Part shown: positions 42,146 through 55,735 of the stretch, piece after piece
How the letters are laid out: the number at the start of each line of letters is the position of its first letter
Position numbering within the stretch: the first letter of the stretch is position 1
Source: Hormiphora californensis
Taxonomy: Eukaryota; Animalia; Ctenophora
Length of the DNA: 64,000 nt
Reading direction: 5' to 3'
NCBI GenBank assembly: GCA_020137815.1
Contig: CM035361.1
Coordinates: 6,324,001-6,388,000, forward strand
Notes under the pieces: generated by a model
What the model was told of the DNA's origin: nothing
Database searches by the model: none
What the model saw: only the letters and a program-made list of their open reading frames with translations
Made by a program: the position numbers and the translations under genes

Positions 42146-43970
42146 ATGATACGCCTCCTTCTCTTCACAGCTGCATTGTGTGGAACAGTTGTTCTCACTG
42201 CAGGTTGGTCACATGATTTTACATATAATATATCAAATTGATAGACGTTTTGTAGTTTATTTAATATGCGATAAATGTTTTCTTTTAGTGGTTAGTATCT
42301 TTATTGTATTTCAGACTGGACAGCTCTAGAGAAGGGTGTGTATGTGAAGATATTCTGGGACCTGGAGGAAACAACTCTCCAGATAAAGACGGACTCTACA
42401 CTGGGTAGTGGTGAGATGATCTGGGTGGACATATACAAGGATCACTGCAGCGTGAGCTGCGGTATCGGTAGTGTGCGTGTGAAGTTCTCCTCTCCAATGC
42501 AGTATGGGATATCATACTGCTTCGACAACTACATAGATCTGCCAGTGCAGCCCCCGGTGGAGGTGGATAAGATCTGGACCATCACCAAAACAAACACCGC
42601 CTGGATCATCACATGTAACAATGTGGAAGTGCTCAACTACCTGTTCACAGATAGTTCAGAGGACCGCTGTGTTCCACTGTGGGGTGGTGATGTTGTGGGG
42701 AAGTTCTACTTTAGCCAATATGACACAGCATCTGACTTCTACAGAGCAGGTAATAGTACTGAACATCATGTGAGATTAGCAATGCTAATTTAGCAATTAG
42801 CATCATATCACGCACCCTGGACAAGCGTCGCTGGTTCAACTGCAATGAACTACAACGTTACTGTTTCTATTTTATATCAGGTGAGTGCCCCGCCTTTACT
42901 GTTGAGGAATCAACACAAGGAAACTGGCCTGCCGCATCAATAGGGACAACAGTCACCATCGAATGTGTTGCCACCCATATCCTATTGGGGAGTAAAACAC
43001 TGACATGTCAGGAAGATGAATCTTGGTCAAGTGATGTACCGCAGTGTAAAAGAATAAGTAAATTAATTTGATAAATGTTATTTTTTAATTTTTTTTACGC
43101 ACGTGTGCGTAAAAAAAATTAAAAAATAACTTTCTTCCAAAATTTTTGGCGACCACGTCTTATTTTACAAAATACAAAACAAGGTAAATAAACCTAAAAC
43201 TCCTGAGCTGAATAGTCGATCACCTTTACTTGGCATCAATTCAGGCCACATTATAAATTCTATAATTTTCAATTTAGCACTGCCATGTGCCATGTATCTT
43301 TTCTGAATTTATAAACAATCTTTTTTATGTTTTCAGAACTTGCAGTCACCGGTGCTGTTTTTGAAGGCAAATCCAAGGGAACTGAGAAACTCACGTGTGC
43401 TCTCACCACCCCTACCGGGTGGGAATCTAAAAAGGTGACCCTTGCGATCACTGATTTTGAGAGCAATACTGTCACTTGGACCTGGAATGAAGGTTCTCTT
43501 GAAGGCCCCACAGGCACCAGTAGCAACATAATTGTAGCTGGTGGGGCGGTAGTTGCTAAGGTAGCATACAATAATGCCTACGGTCAATAATGCCTACACC
43601 CTAAAACACCTAATTAGAGGTGGAGGGTAGGCAAAACTGCTTGTAGGCATTATCGTCAACACCAGGGGGGTAAACCGCAGTTTTGCCTACGGTACATAAT
43701 GCCTACCATGTAGGCAAAACTGTGATTTTACCACTGATGTTGACAATAATGCCTACGAGCAGTTTTGCCTACCCTCCACCTCAGGGTGTAGACAGTATTG
43801 CATTGCAGTTGACAACTCGCTAAGGATATCTCGATTCGGTTTATATATTTACCGAATCGAGATATTCTTAGCGAGTTGTCAACTGCAATGCAATCTTTCA
43901 TTCTCTTTTCTATCAATATTTCAATATATAGAAATATATATTGATAGAAAAGAGACTGAAAATAGAAGAG

Positions 43971-44037
<67 letters not shown>

Positions 44038-47000
44038 GAGGGAGAGAGAGAGAGAATTAAAACAAGCTAGTTCATTATTATAAAACTGAAATAAAACTGA
44101 AATACAACTGAATTTTACACAAGTCTGCTCAAAGATCTGCAGTAAAGGGCAAGTCCGACAGTTCCGTAGTTACTGATGGCTTTCTTGATCCTCTCCTCAA
44201 GGTCCCGATACTTCTTCCTCCTCTTAGCGGCAGGAACGTTCCCAGTGAGGCAGTGCTCGATGTGTAGTTCGGCCTGTTGATTGAACTGGGTCAGGGCGTC
44301 CGCCAGGAGTCCACCAGAGGGATTACTGCAACCGATGAAGCGGTTCAAGGCATTGTTGTTCCCCTCCGAGTGGTTGTTGGTACGGGGACCTCCGTCTAGG
44401 ACAGTCTGGAACATGTTCCACATCCGGATAGGGTAGATGGGTGAAAGGATCCAGGTGGCTTCGAAGTAGTCCAGGAATACTCCCGCCGCAGCTGCTGTGG
44501 ATGGTGACAGGTTCAGTTTGAGGTAGTTCCAGGAGTCCACCACCTCGCCAACAGGAACGAAAGCCAGTCCAAACAGAGTTTCCAGCTCCAGCTTGAGCAC
44601 GGGGTCAGAGGGGTAGTCCTGGAGCTTCATTAGGTGTCGCCGTACTGCTTGCTTAGGTCAGGCAGCTCATGGATGGCGTCCTGGGGGGTCCCGCCTAGTA
44701 GACTGGTTACCAGCTTCGCAGGGGCGTCAGATGAAGAGGTAGTAACTTGCCGGAGTCTAGAGAGGAAGGCATTTGCCGATGTTGTCTGGATGGAGGGGTC
44801 ATGGGTGTGCGGGGTCTCCTTTACTACTCCAACTGGTTCATCGAGGGTGGTAGTTAGTCGTCCCGTACAGTTTGGTGTGTACTGTTTCCGGTCCTTGCAG
44901 GCCCAGTGCTGGACTTTCTGGGTCTTCCTGTTTCCACAGTAGAGGTATCCATTATAGGCGGCCTGTCGTCCACCTTTAGCACCAGTCAGGAATTGAAGAG
45001 AGGATGTGACAGGAGGAGGAGGGGTAGGTAGGGTAGGTGTAGCAGGCGGAGGAGGAGGAGGGGTAGGTAGGGTGGGTAGGGTAGGTGTAGCAGGAAGAGG
45101 AGGAGGAGGAGTAGGTAAGGAAGGTGTAGAAGGATCAGGATGTGGTGGAGGAGGAGGAGGAGGAGGAGGAGGTGTAGTATCGAGTAGGGAGTCCATTGCT
45201 GTTCGAAGAGCTGTTGATAATGGTAGAGACATGATTGTTAGTTGTGGCTGTGTGACCTCGACCTTTATACCTCTTTGCCACCGTTAGATGAACTGCCCAT
45301 ATCACGTATCCGGGCATCCGATCCAACCGATTAGCATAGCGAATGAGACATGAGAGCTCCTCTAATCGTTGTAACAAGCCGTTAGATGAACCGCCCATAT
45401 CACGTATCCAATCCGACATGAGACATGAGAGCTTAAGCCTTACCGATTAGAGGAGCTCTCATGTCAATCGGTTTACTCCAATAACTAACGAGCTATATCT
45501 CCTATATCGTATTGGTGCCGCCCTCAGGGTCACGTTACCAATCGGGATATGATGATTTGACGCTTGTAGGCATTATCGCCATATCAACAATAATATTGAC
45601 GCTTTTGCCTACACCCAATCACCCCTGTAGGCATTATCGCCATATCAACAATAATATTGACGCTTTTGCCTACACCCAATTATCAATAATGTAGGCATTA
45701 TTGATCGTAGGCATTATCGTACTTTATCGTAGGCATTATTGCCACCGTAGGCATTATTGCCGTTTTGACGGTTTTGCCTACACCCAATTATATATGCCTA
45801 TATACCCTGTAGGCATTATTGACCGTAGGCATTATCGTACGTAATCGTTGCTAACTCCATTAGTGTGACATTTAGCCCGACTTCCGGCTTGGGTGAAACC
45901 AAGTCGCACACGTGTGTGGTGAATGTGTATGATCCAGATGATCTTGATACCGTTGAGGCGACAGATTCTGCTCTGGTTTATCTTCAGAAAATTGGTAAGT
46001 TCTCGTCAACAAAATCTGATTTAAATTATTAAATTTTCGAGAGGTTAGAACGTATCAAGTACTTGATACGTTCTAACCTCTCACTTAATTCATCTAATAA
46101 ATATATTTTTTTACACACACACACACATAAAGTGAAATATCCTTCCAAGACTATTGGTTAGAACGTTTAAAGTAGGACTCATAATTCGTGAACTTTTTAG
46201 AATTGTTTCTGTCCGATCCGACGGAAAACAACGACGGGTTCTTCTACACGCTCACAGAACCCATCGATTTGATTCCTATTTACGGCAATGATAAGTATAT
46301 TGACATCAAAGATTCATCAACTTGTACGTTTACGTTTGGTGCTCTAACACCTGAAGTGGCATTCAGTAACAGCAAATTCACAGTAAGTATCATTTCAATA
46401 TGTTTAATCAACACATCTACTAAAACTTACTCGGATTATGGTGGAATAATGTTGGTTTAGTAATACATATGAGTGCATTTCTAACAATTTCTGACATTGT
46501 TCAATTCTTTACAGTTGCCTGGAGATAGTGGTATAAATGGCTTCGTTGTAACAACAATAACCTGTACCCTTAACTTTGATGACGCTGCAAGTTTAGGTGT
46601 TTCCTTGACCGTGAAGATAAATTTTGCAGGTATAATGAGTCATTTTAATTGGTACATCACTACCATTGCAAGACTGCTGCAGTTACAGGATTTATATCAG
46701 ACATTTTCAGACATATAACAGCTTATACATACATATAATTACAAGTTATTTTGAATGAGATCTGAGCATGACAAAAATTGGGAAGGTTATGGATGCTATA
46801 CAAATGCTGACGTTCAATATTATTAATTTTACCCAACCTCCAATTTCAGCCCAATGTGAAACAGATAAAGCTAAAGGCGAGTTTTACCACAGAACATCAA
46901 AGGAATGTGATATTTGTCCCTGCAAGATGGCTAGAGACTCACAGTACGATGCATGTCCATATTGTGGTAAGTTGTCGCTTCAGCTATAATTGGTGGAAAA

Positions 47001-48027
47001 CAGTCGTGCCTGAACCTCAGATTCATGCCACTGCTATTTTCCACTGAAACCTGAGATCTCAGGTCTCAGTGGAAAATATCCGTGATCTGAACCGGAGGTT
47101 CAGGCACGGCTGTTTCCTGATTGATTACGACCGATTAAGACCTTTTACGGCATGACTGCTTCCCCTAAAATATTGAATTGTAGTATTCGAGTTTACAATT
47201 TTTAAAAGTTAGCGTAATATTACGCTAACTTTGAAAAATCTCTCGGCCTCCCCAGCTAAGTACAAAGCAAGAAAAGATATGCAAGTTTTATCCAGAGTAG
47301 AGTAATGGTGAACAAGGCAACAGGCCCTTTCAAACTCTTTTAGGCGTCTCAAAGTAAAATTTATTAGGTCCACTAAATTAATTATCATTATTCATTAAAT
47401 TATTCATTAAACTACTTATTAATATATTATTATTCTGTTATTATTCATTAAATTATTCATGAAGCTTGCATAAAACAAAGAGAGGCTTTTAGGTTGTTAG
47501 TCTAAATAACTAAGATATCAGTTCTAGATGTTGTTAAAATTTTATAACATTCTTGTTGTAACTGTGTAACTGTTACGCTAGTGTATATATCTTATTTATA
47601 GCTGTCTTCTGTAATGCTAAAACATGTATGTTATACATAGTTATATTTATAATGTTATGTATCAATTGTGAAATACCTCTCTCGCCCCTACTCTCGAGAG
47701 AGCTCTTTCACCCTCCCTCCATCTTTCTGTCCATCAGCTGTAAGCACTGGCCACTGCTGTATCAGCTATATAAGCACTGCAGTAATTTTAACAATAATAA
47801 AAATGGTAATAATGCTAAAATACTGCTGGAAAGAGTAAAGCTATAAGCTGAAATCTTATCTAATCTAATTCGTATTTATACTGCAGCTGTACAATTACAG
47901 TGGAGGATAAACATTGTGTTAACTCTGTTTCCTCTTTTTCAGATATCGAGTCCGATTAACCCTTTGGGGACGATACGCCTCCTGTCAACAGAAATCAATT
48001 AAAGAATGTCACCTGGTGGAACAAATG
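42146..48027 (+). pseudogene. Secreted modular protein gene, probably disabled: signal exon 42146-42203, unnamed domain 42315-42749, Sushi/CCP 42881-43057, Ig-like 43337-43559 plus 45855-45994, then 46201-46382, 46515-46629, Cys-rich 46850-46966 and 47943-48027
   Basis: MIRLLLFTAALCGTVVLTA; CP...GTTVTIEC...LLGSKTLTCQEDESWSSDVPQC; phases consistent. A MULE sits inside exon 4 and an in-frame TAA occurs early in the 47943 exon. Confidence 0.75.
43560..45846 (-). mobile_element. Internally deleted Mutator-like element: FLYWCH-type finger plus transposase C-terminus
   Basis: 8-bp TSD GTTGCTAA (43552-43559, 45847-45854); imperfect TIRs with ataatgcctac repeats; YNGYLY...WAC...C...H.H; LAFVP, FLDYFEATW, WN, RTNNHSEG. 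Confidence 0.9.
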
Positions 48028-48267
48028 GTAAGTTACCAGTTGTTGGTGGGCGTTGTACTAGGATACTATAGGCCTCGGTTTACTGACTTTTTAAATCATT
48101 CCCGTTCATTTCCATTGTATTAGAAATAATCCATGTCTTATACACTTTGCAGTCTAATATCATTGATATTTTCAGGCAGCTGATTAACGTGCATCACCAG
48201 GCTGGAAGGATACGAATTTGGAAAGAGAGAAAACGAGAATCTCTAGGAAAATCAGAATGTTAAGTTT

Positions 48268-48507
48268 TCCTTCCGGCTGGACAAGATGAATAGACGGGTA
48301 TTTCGTTGTAGTATAACGTTTAGCATAATTTCAATGTACATCATCCTCATTTATAGACTTCTGGCTTAAATTAGTCTTAGTTGAAAAAACCTTTCTTTAG
48401 ACAAATTAATTTGAGCCTGATGAGGCCGAGGATGTTTTGCATCGAAATTGATTGCTCGTTATGCTACAATAAAATACCCGTCCATTCATCCTGTCCAGCC
48501 GGAAGGA
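48268..48507. mobile_element. MITE with long imperfect TIRs
   Basis: tccttccggctggaca.gatgaat.gacgggtattt mirrored at both ends. Confidence 0.75.
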
Positions 48508-49208
48508 GGACCCCCCCCCATTGACTTCTATGTGGCTGATAAACAATGAACATTTCCTTATTCTCAGAGTATATCCAATGAAATGAACAATTATACACGC
48601 ATAGTAAAAGTAAAACGATTATTAAATCTTGTATCACTTTGTAAAAGTAAAACTATATTGTTTGTATATTTTGGGATTTGAGGTACGAGCGTTGGTGTGT
48701 ATAATTTTTCAGTGTAGTTGTTGTTTTAGAAGTTTGTGTGACTTAATCTACTTTGTAGGGTGAGATAATATTGATCTGATAGTATTATGTACAACTATGA
48801 AGGCTATGTTGGGGCTCTTTGTGAAACTACGAAACTTAAATAATTTACTTTGTTTATTAGTTTGTGTGACTTATTGTACTTTGTAGGGTGAGATAATTGG
48901 TCTGATAGTAATATTACAAATATGAAGTGTGCAGCTTGCTTTAGATTGTGTTTAGTTTCAATGAGATATTCTTTTTGAGATCTGATGTTACAACTATAAA
49001 GTGTGTACAGCATAGTAGCAGCAGCAGAGGTTTTATGAAGTAATTGATCTAAATATTTCAATATGATTGTAGAGGTAATATATTCATTTCCCAAAAACCA
49101 AATACAACGCTGTTTAGAAAATTGTTCAACAACTTAAAAATTTACAAAACTTACAAAATATAAACTAACATATGAACACACATTTACATATGTAAACTAT
49201 AATAGGAC

Positions 49209-49980
49209 ATGGCGCGCGCACAGACTGTTCATGCGTGATCATGTTCATAAGTGGGCAAGATGTTGATCAAGTCACGCAGACTGTTCAAGCTTGATCATCT
49301 GATCAAGCTTGTACAGTAAAAACTGAAACTTATTCATATCAAAGCAAAAACCACTGTACCCGACTAATTTTGATACTCTGAATCACGTAAGCTAGTTTTC
49401 AAATCCTTCAGAGGTCGGGAAAGTGTCCTAATTGGGCATAATTGGGTCTAATTGACCCCACTTACAACTTGTCACCTGGAAATGACGTGAGGGCACTTTT
49501 CCGACTAATTTTGATACGCTGAATCATATAAGCAACTTGTCCGAGCCCCCAGAGGTCAGGAAATACTCTAATTGAGCAATTAAGGTCAATTAGATCCAAT
49601 TATACTCAATTAGGACACTTTCCCGACCTCTGGGGGCGTGGAAAAGTTGTTTATGTGATTCAGCGTATCAAAATTAGTCGGAAAAGTGCCCTCACATAAG
49701 CGTCTATTATTTCCAGGTGACAAGTTTTAAGTGGGGTCAATTAGACCCAATAATGCCCAATTAGAACACTTTCCTGACCTCTGACGGATTTGAAAACTAG
49801 CTTACGTGATTCAGAGTATTAAAATTAGCCGGGTACAGTAGTTTTCGCTTTGATATGAAGTTTCAGTTTTTACTGTCCAAGCTTGATCAGATGATCAAGC
49901 TTGATCAGTCTGCGTGACAACATCTTGCCCACTTATGGACATGATCACGCATGAGCATTGAACAGTCTGTGCGCGCTCAT
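49209..49980. mobile_element. ~770-bp foldback element, palindromic almost to its centre; second copy at 59877-60590
   Basis: Arms mirrored from gcgcgcacagactgttca inward to ~49570-49610. Confidence 0.85.
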
Positions 49981-49988
49981 GGTATATT

Positions 49989-52087
49989 GGGGGGACCACA
50001 TACAGCACTGTACTGAAATTCGCACCGCCGTATGTGGTGCCTCTAACTTCAGTTCTCACTAGCACATACAACACTTTCGGTGCAAACTCCAGTACGCACT
50101 GCCGTATGTGGTACCTCTTACTGATAAATATCGGTGGGACTATGATCAGTACACAATCTCACGTGAGCTTAGCTCAGAAAAGATCAGTACGGTGCTGTAT
50201 GTGCTCTTCGTACTGAACTGGAAGGTCACGTGGGGGTCACGTGCGCGCACTAGCCAATGACAGACCTGCATCTCACAATACACACACACACCCACACCAC
50301 AGCAACCAATAAGAGGCGCACGCACTCTCACTACGACAGAAAGGGCCACACCTAGAACAAGGGCGAGATTATCCGACATATCGAGAAAATATGTGCTGCA
50401 ATCGAGAAAGATAAGAGAGAGATAAGTGGAGATAAACATAACAAGAGAGAGAAAAGGGGGACCACATACAGCACTGTACTGAAATTCACACCGCCGTATG
50501 TGGTGCCTCTAACTTCAGTTCTCACTAGCGTCTAGCACATACAACACTTTCGGTGCAAACTCCAGTACGCACTGCCGTATGTGGTGCCTCTTACTGATAA
50601 ATATCGTTGGTAATGAAATTCCCCCTCTGCGCTAGCTCACGGAGGGGTAATAATATCGCTTGTACGGCGGGAAAAAAATTCCTGTGTCCAAACTACAAAA
50701 CAGAAAGTTCTAATTTTTTGAACATACCGAGGAAATTGTCTGAGCTACCATTACATACCGGAATTTTTCGATATTTTGGCCATTAACACTGTTTTTGTTT
50801 TTGGAAAACTATGAAGATGCTGGAATTTGGCTACAAAAACCTTCAGAAATGTGCAAAATGCCATTCCAAAGGTATTAGAGGTGGATTCATTGATAACTAA
50901 GCTATAGTCGAGTCAGAAAAAATTCCACAAGATTGGAATTTTATGCCCATATAAGGAGTTATGCGACACACCTCTGTTGTTAAAAATGTGGTGTAATCGC
51001 TACCGGTCGTTACTTTCTGTAGAATTCAGGTCCTGGTTACTATACAAACTAGTACCATACGTTTTAGATAGGTTTTAGACAAGTTTTCGATAACTTTTTA
51101 TGAGAAGGTCCCGTAAATTTTCATTTTTAGGTAGGCGGTATTGTCACCCCTATATGCAATAATAGGGGTGACTTCGTAACCAATAAATATCGGTGGGAAT
51201 ATCAGTACACAATCTCACGTGAGCTTAGCTCAGAAAAGATCAGTACGGTGCTGTATGTGCTCTTCGTACTGAACTGAAAGGTCACGTGGGGGTCACGTGC
51301 GCGCACTAGCCAATGACAGACCTGCATCTCACAATACACACACACACACACCCACACCACAGCAACCAATAAGAGGCGCACGCACTCTCACTACGACAGA
51401 AAGGGCCACACCTAGAACAAGGGCGAGATTATCCGACATATCGAGAAAATATGTGCTGCAATCGGGAAAGATAAGAGAGAGAAAAGTGGAGATAAACATA
51501 ACAAGAGAGAGAAAAGGGGGTAGAGAGAGTTAGGGGAAACTCTAACTGAATGCCCGCGCAGTAATGGCGTCCCATCACTGGTAAAACTCTAATTGAATGG
51601 AAGGAATGATGGAAGAACGCGCGACCATGCTCGTGTGTTTGTCATCGCGCCCTACGTAAAAGCCTTTTTTTGGCAAAATTTGTGGCAAATCCTGACGCGC
51701 ACAGAGTGATGACTCCCATTATCAGTTAGATTTTTACCAGTGATGGGACGCCATTACTGCGCGGGCATTCAGTTAAAGTCCGTTTCAAGCGACTTGACCC
51801 GTAATTCTTGGAATTTGGCGCATTGCGCGTGTATTTACAAAGGGGAAATCCTGAATTTCCAGGAATCTCAGGTCAAGTCGTTTGAAACGCACTTTAGAGT
51901 TTCCCCTTAGGTATTAGTGAGAGGACTAGATGTTTCCCAAAAAATTACGTGTTTTTAGCTTGTTTTGAAGGTTTTTTATTGATTGTTCAGTAAGAGGCAC
52001 CAAATACACTCACTGTACTGAAGTTTCCACCGACAGTATGTGGTGCGACGTTACTGGAGTTCGCACCGGTGCTGTATGCGGTCCCCC
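49989..52087. mobile_element. Nest of non-autonomous DNA transposons
   Basis: The ggggaccacatac element restarts at ~50456. It is split by 50607-51183 (9-bp TSD TAAATATCG) and by 51533-51906 (TTA TSD, ggggaaactct TIR), which itself contains 51776-51894. Confidence 0.8.
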
Positions 52088-53317
52088 TAAGATTTATCAC
52101 ATGGTCATATGCTGTGACTTCAGAAGCTTTTTTAAGTTCGATGCAGACAGCACTTAAATTATTTCAGGTAAAACACGAAGACGGCCGTCATGGAGATCTT
52201 GGTGAATAGCAGCACACTTGACCTGAGCTGTTCAGGCACGACCATGTTTTCCCCCTATGAACTTACAAGGGAACCCATCACGAGAGGCTAGGTAGGTTTT
52301 ACACAGGCAGTGCATCATGATCTGAAATTCACGAGTTCTAACTCTCTTCATGTCCATGATTCCGCGGAATCGGTATCGCCCCAAATCTCTCGGAAGTCCG
52401 AGAGCTATAATAGGGGGTTATGCCGATCATTCTTTGTTTTATGAGTCCCATCCCACGCTATCATGTTCATGGATGCGTTGGTTGGTTTTTGAACAAATGA
52501 AATGCGTGGGTTGCAACCGGTTGCCTTGTTCGACCAGATCCCTCCACGCGCCCCGGGGTTTGAACAATGAATGCGTGGGATTAGAAGCGTGGGATGGGGC
52601 GTGGTCTGAAAATGAAGAATAGAGCATACCTCATTGAACAAACATAATTGGTATACGTGGACCATTCTTCAAGCATTCAAGCAAATCAATTGAATTCATT
52701 CGTGAGTATAAATACTTGAGTTCATTTTCAATAATGGCCATCAAATATTGATATGTTGCCTTCTACACAGTCGGACCCCGATAAACCGGATACCTGACCG
52801 ATTTACCGGGAAAACCCTTTCTCCCGAGCATCACTGTAAATCGGGGTCCAACTGTATACTCCTGAAATAGTTAATATAAATTAATATTAATCTCAATTTA
52901 AGCTGCTATTTACCCCATTCTTTAAACCTCCAATTTATAATTTTTACCTTGTCTTTTAGTTGGAGCATCCAATCGGCTTATAATGGGCAGTTTAATCCTC
53001 CTATTCACTACTTCACTAGTAATCGCAGGTTAGTTTCACTTTCACTATTCGTTTGTTCTAGTTTCACTTTCACTATTATGTATACTTTAGTTTCACTTTC
53101 ACTAACACACCTAATCCCAGCGGTCAATGGTGCTGAGGATTCCGTTTCCGACCGAGGAGGTAAACAATTATCTATCTATAAATTTAGTATGAAGTTGCGC
53201 TTGCCACCGAAAGTGCTCATCTATAAATTTATCTACCTCGAGGTATATACCTCTCCCACCCCAGCATCCCTCTCCAATCTTTGTATGCATTATGCGAACA
53301 GATTTATCTCCTCTCAG

Positions 53318-55358
53318 TTGAGTACCTACACGGTATATACTGAAAATGTTGATTGGGAAACTGCTAAGGATATGTGTACCGTATTCGGGCTCACCTTTGC
53401 CACGGTACGTAGGTATAAGCTGGGCTATAATGGTAACCATGGTAACCATATCACTGCACTGGCAAGTGCCCCGGGGCCCATCCACCCCCCCCCCCCCCTT
53501 TCCAAGAAAGAAAGAAAAATGCGAGGGGCCGACAGGCCCCGAAGCTAGAGAGAGAGAATGAGTGTGTTTGAAGTAGGTACACTAGGGGAAAGAAGCCTCT
53601 AAAGTGCACACTCTCCCTTTCACTTCTACAGTGCAGTACCATACGAACGCGACGAGACCGGATTTCAGGATCAAATTACACAAGCATGCAGTTGAACTAG
53701 AGTTATGAAACTTGGTATCCAGCTTTCCTTTTACTATCACTGCTGGAATCCAAGTTTATAGACTGATTGAAGCTAAGATGCTGAAACGGTAGGGGTGTCA
53801 AATTCGGGTATAAAAGTGTCGTCTATATATAGATAGATAGATAGATATATATACCACCAAAATCCCGGGAGCTTAGCTCTTGAAAACGGTTAAAGCTACA
53901 AAGTTGAAATTTCGTGGAGTCATAGTCCTCGATAGGGTGCGTGTAATAGGATATTTTTCGTTTCATACAACCTTAATTAAGACCTAATTATGCCCTAATT
54001 AAGTATGCATTTCCCACCTATCTCCGGACTGGGTGGTCGGAGAGACTTCTTTTATAGCTTATCCGAACCGGAAACGTCGATTTATGGGGGGTCGTTCCCT
54101 GAACAAAAAGTCGTATCTCGCACCCTTCTGGATTTATTCACATATTTATGATTTTATGCATATCTTGAATATCTTCTAACTGGTTGATGTTAGGGACATG
54201 AAACATGTCTAATTCGACGCAGAATTATCGATTTATGGGGGGTCGTTCCCCGAACAAAAAGTCGTATCTCGCACCCTTCTTAAGCTATGCACATATTTAT
54301 GATTTAATACAATCATTCGCTGAATGGCTGATACTAGAAACTTTGAATTGGTGTTTGACGTAAAAAGATCGAAGTATATGCAGCAGATTTACCAAAAAAA
54401 GAGAAACATCATACCAAAAAGAAGAGAAACTAGTACCAAAAACCAATCAAATTGGTTTGGATGACCCGGGGCCCAAAGGCGTCGGGATGCAAAATGTTGG
54501 TAGGATAAAACATTACTTTTGTAGGAAAATCTAAAAATGCGTCAAGAAAAACACTATTGTAGCTGGTGAAGGTCGCATCCCGACGCCTTTGGGCCCCGGG
54601 TCATCCAAACCAATTTGATTGGTTTTTGGTACTAGTAATAGTACAGTCGAAAGGACCCTGGTATTTTTGAAAAAAATCACATTACACCCGGGGATTACGG
54701 GTGCTCGAAAGGAGAGCTCGAATAGATTTATTCGGGCCCCTGTTATCCTCTGCCATTATGGGAGTCTCATATCATTATCGTCGGGACAATTGAGGAAGGG
54801 TATGATAATCCCCTTTTCGTCCCCACTGATCCCCATTGTCTCCCTAATTAACAGGTGGACAGTGAGGAAGAGAACGATGAATTGATTGAAGCAATTAACA
54901 CGACACCGGGCACAGACAACTCTACCTGGGTAATTAATTAATCAACTAACTAATTAATTAATCAACCCCTACTCCTTCATAAAGATGGATTCTAGTCCCC
55001 CTGCTACTTCATAAAGATATTAGCTGTCCCTTCTAATTACCACTGTCCCACAGGTTTGGATTGGTGTATAGGAAGTTATGGACAGGAATGGTAGGGGAAC
55101 TAACGTGTGGGTTAATGTTGCGGACAACACCACCCTCGCGTGGGAACCGACTTGGAACAAAGAAAAGGAAGACGATAATACCAGTAAGAAATATATAACT
55201 GTTCACTCATCTTTCGGTTTTCTGTCTTCTTGCACGTTTGAGATTAACACCCTCCTTTTCTTTCAGATCAACGCGTTGTGGCGGTTAACCGTAAGACCGG
55301 AGAGTGGAATGATTCCTGGATGTACAAAAAGAGAATCTTTGCGTGCATGTATGAGTAA
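53318..55358 (+). pseudogene. C-type lectin domain gene; exons 53318-53404, 54855-54929, 55054-55183, 55267-55358; in-frame TAG at 55069-55071
   Basis: VDWETAKDMC...FATVDSEEEND...VWIGV*...GEWNDS...FAC; phases consistent. Confidence 0.8.
53822..54635 (+). mobile_element. Probable non-autonomous Helitron with an internal inverted copy of its 3' end
   Basis: TCTATATATA start with (TAGA)n, internal direct repeat, terminal hairpin aaaccaatttgattggttt followed by CTAG; 54429-54490 mirrors 54575-54636. Confidence 0.55.
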
Positions 55359-55523
55359 GAACTAAGAAGGAATGCGTACCAACTTGGTATCCATAGTAAC
55401 TATGGTAACCACGTGTATATGGAAGCTGTGAGATTATTGTGATCCGAACAATGGAAACTTGACTGAAATAACTGGAGCATGCCAGGCTTATATTTTTGAA
55501 AGAGTTGTAGTCAATTTGCGTTA

Positions 55524-55735
55524 GGGGCAGTACACACCAATAAAAATTGCAAAATTAAATTTTAAACTTTTCAGCGGACACACGCACCGACCTGTTAAAA
55601 TATTTTCTCCAATTCTAATGGTGCCAATCATTTCGACATGCACAGGAGCTTTTAACAGGTTATAGAATTTCAAAAGCCTGTCCGCTGAAAAGTTTTAAAT
55701 TTGATTTTTTAGTTTTTATTGGTGTGTACTGTCCC
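55524..55735. mobile_element. Harbinger/Tourist-like MITE; partial copy at ~12260-12390
   Basis: ggg.cagtacacacca TIR with TTA on both sides. Confidence 0.75.

Noticed and set aside
48413-48458. CTGATGAG...CGAAA hammerhead-like string
   Set aside because: Stem II is offset by several unpaired bases, there is no convincing stem III, and it overlaps a MITE arm.
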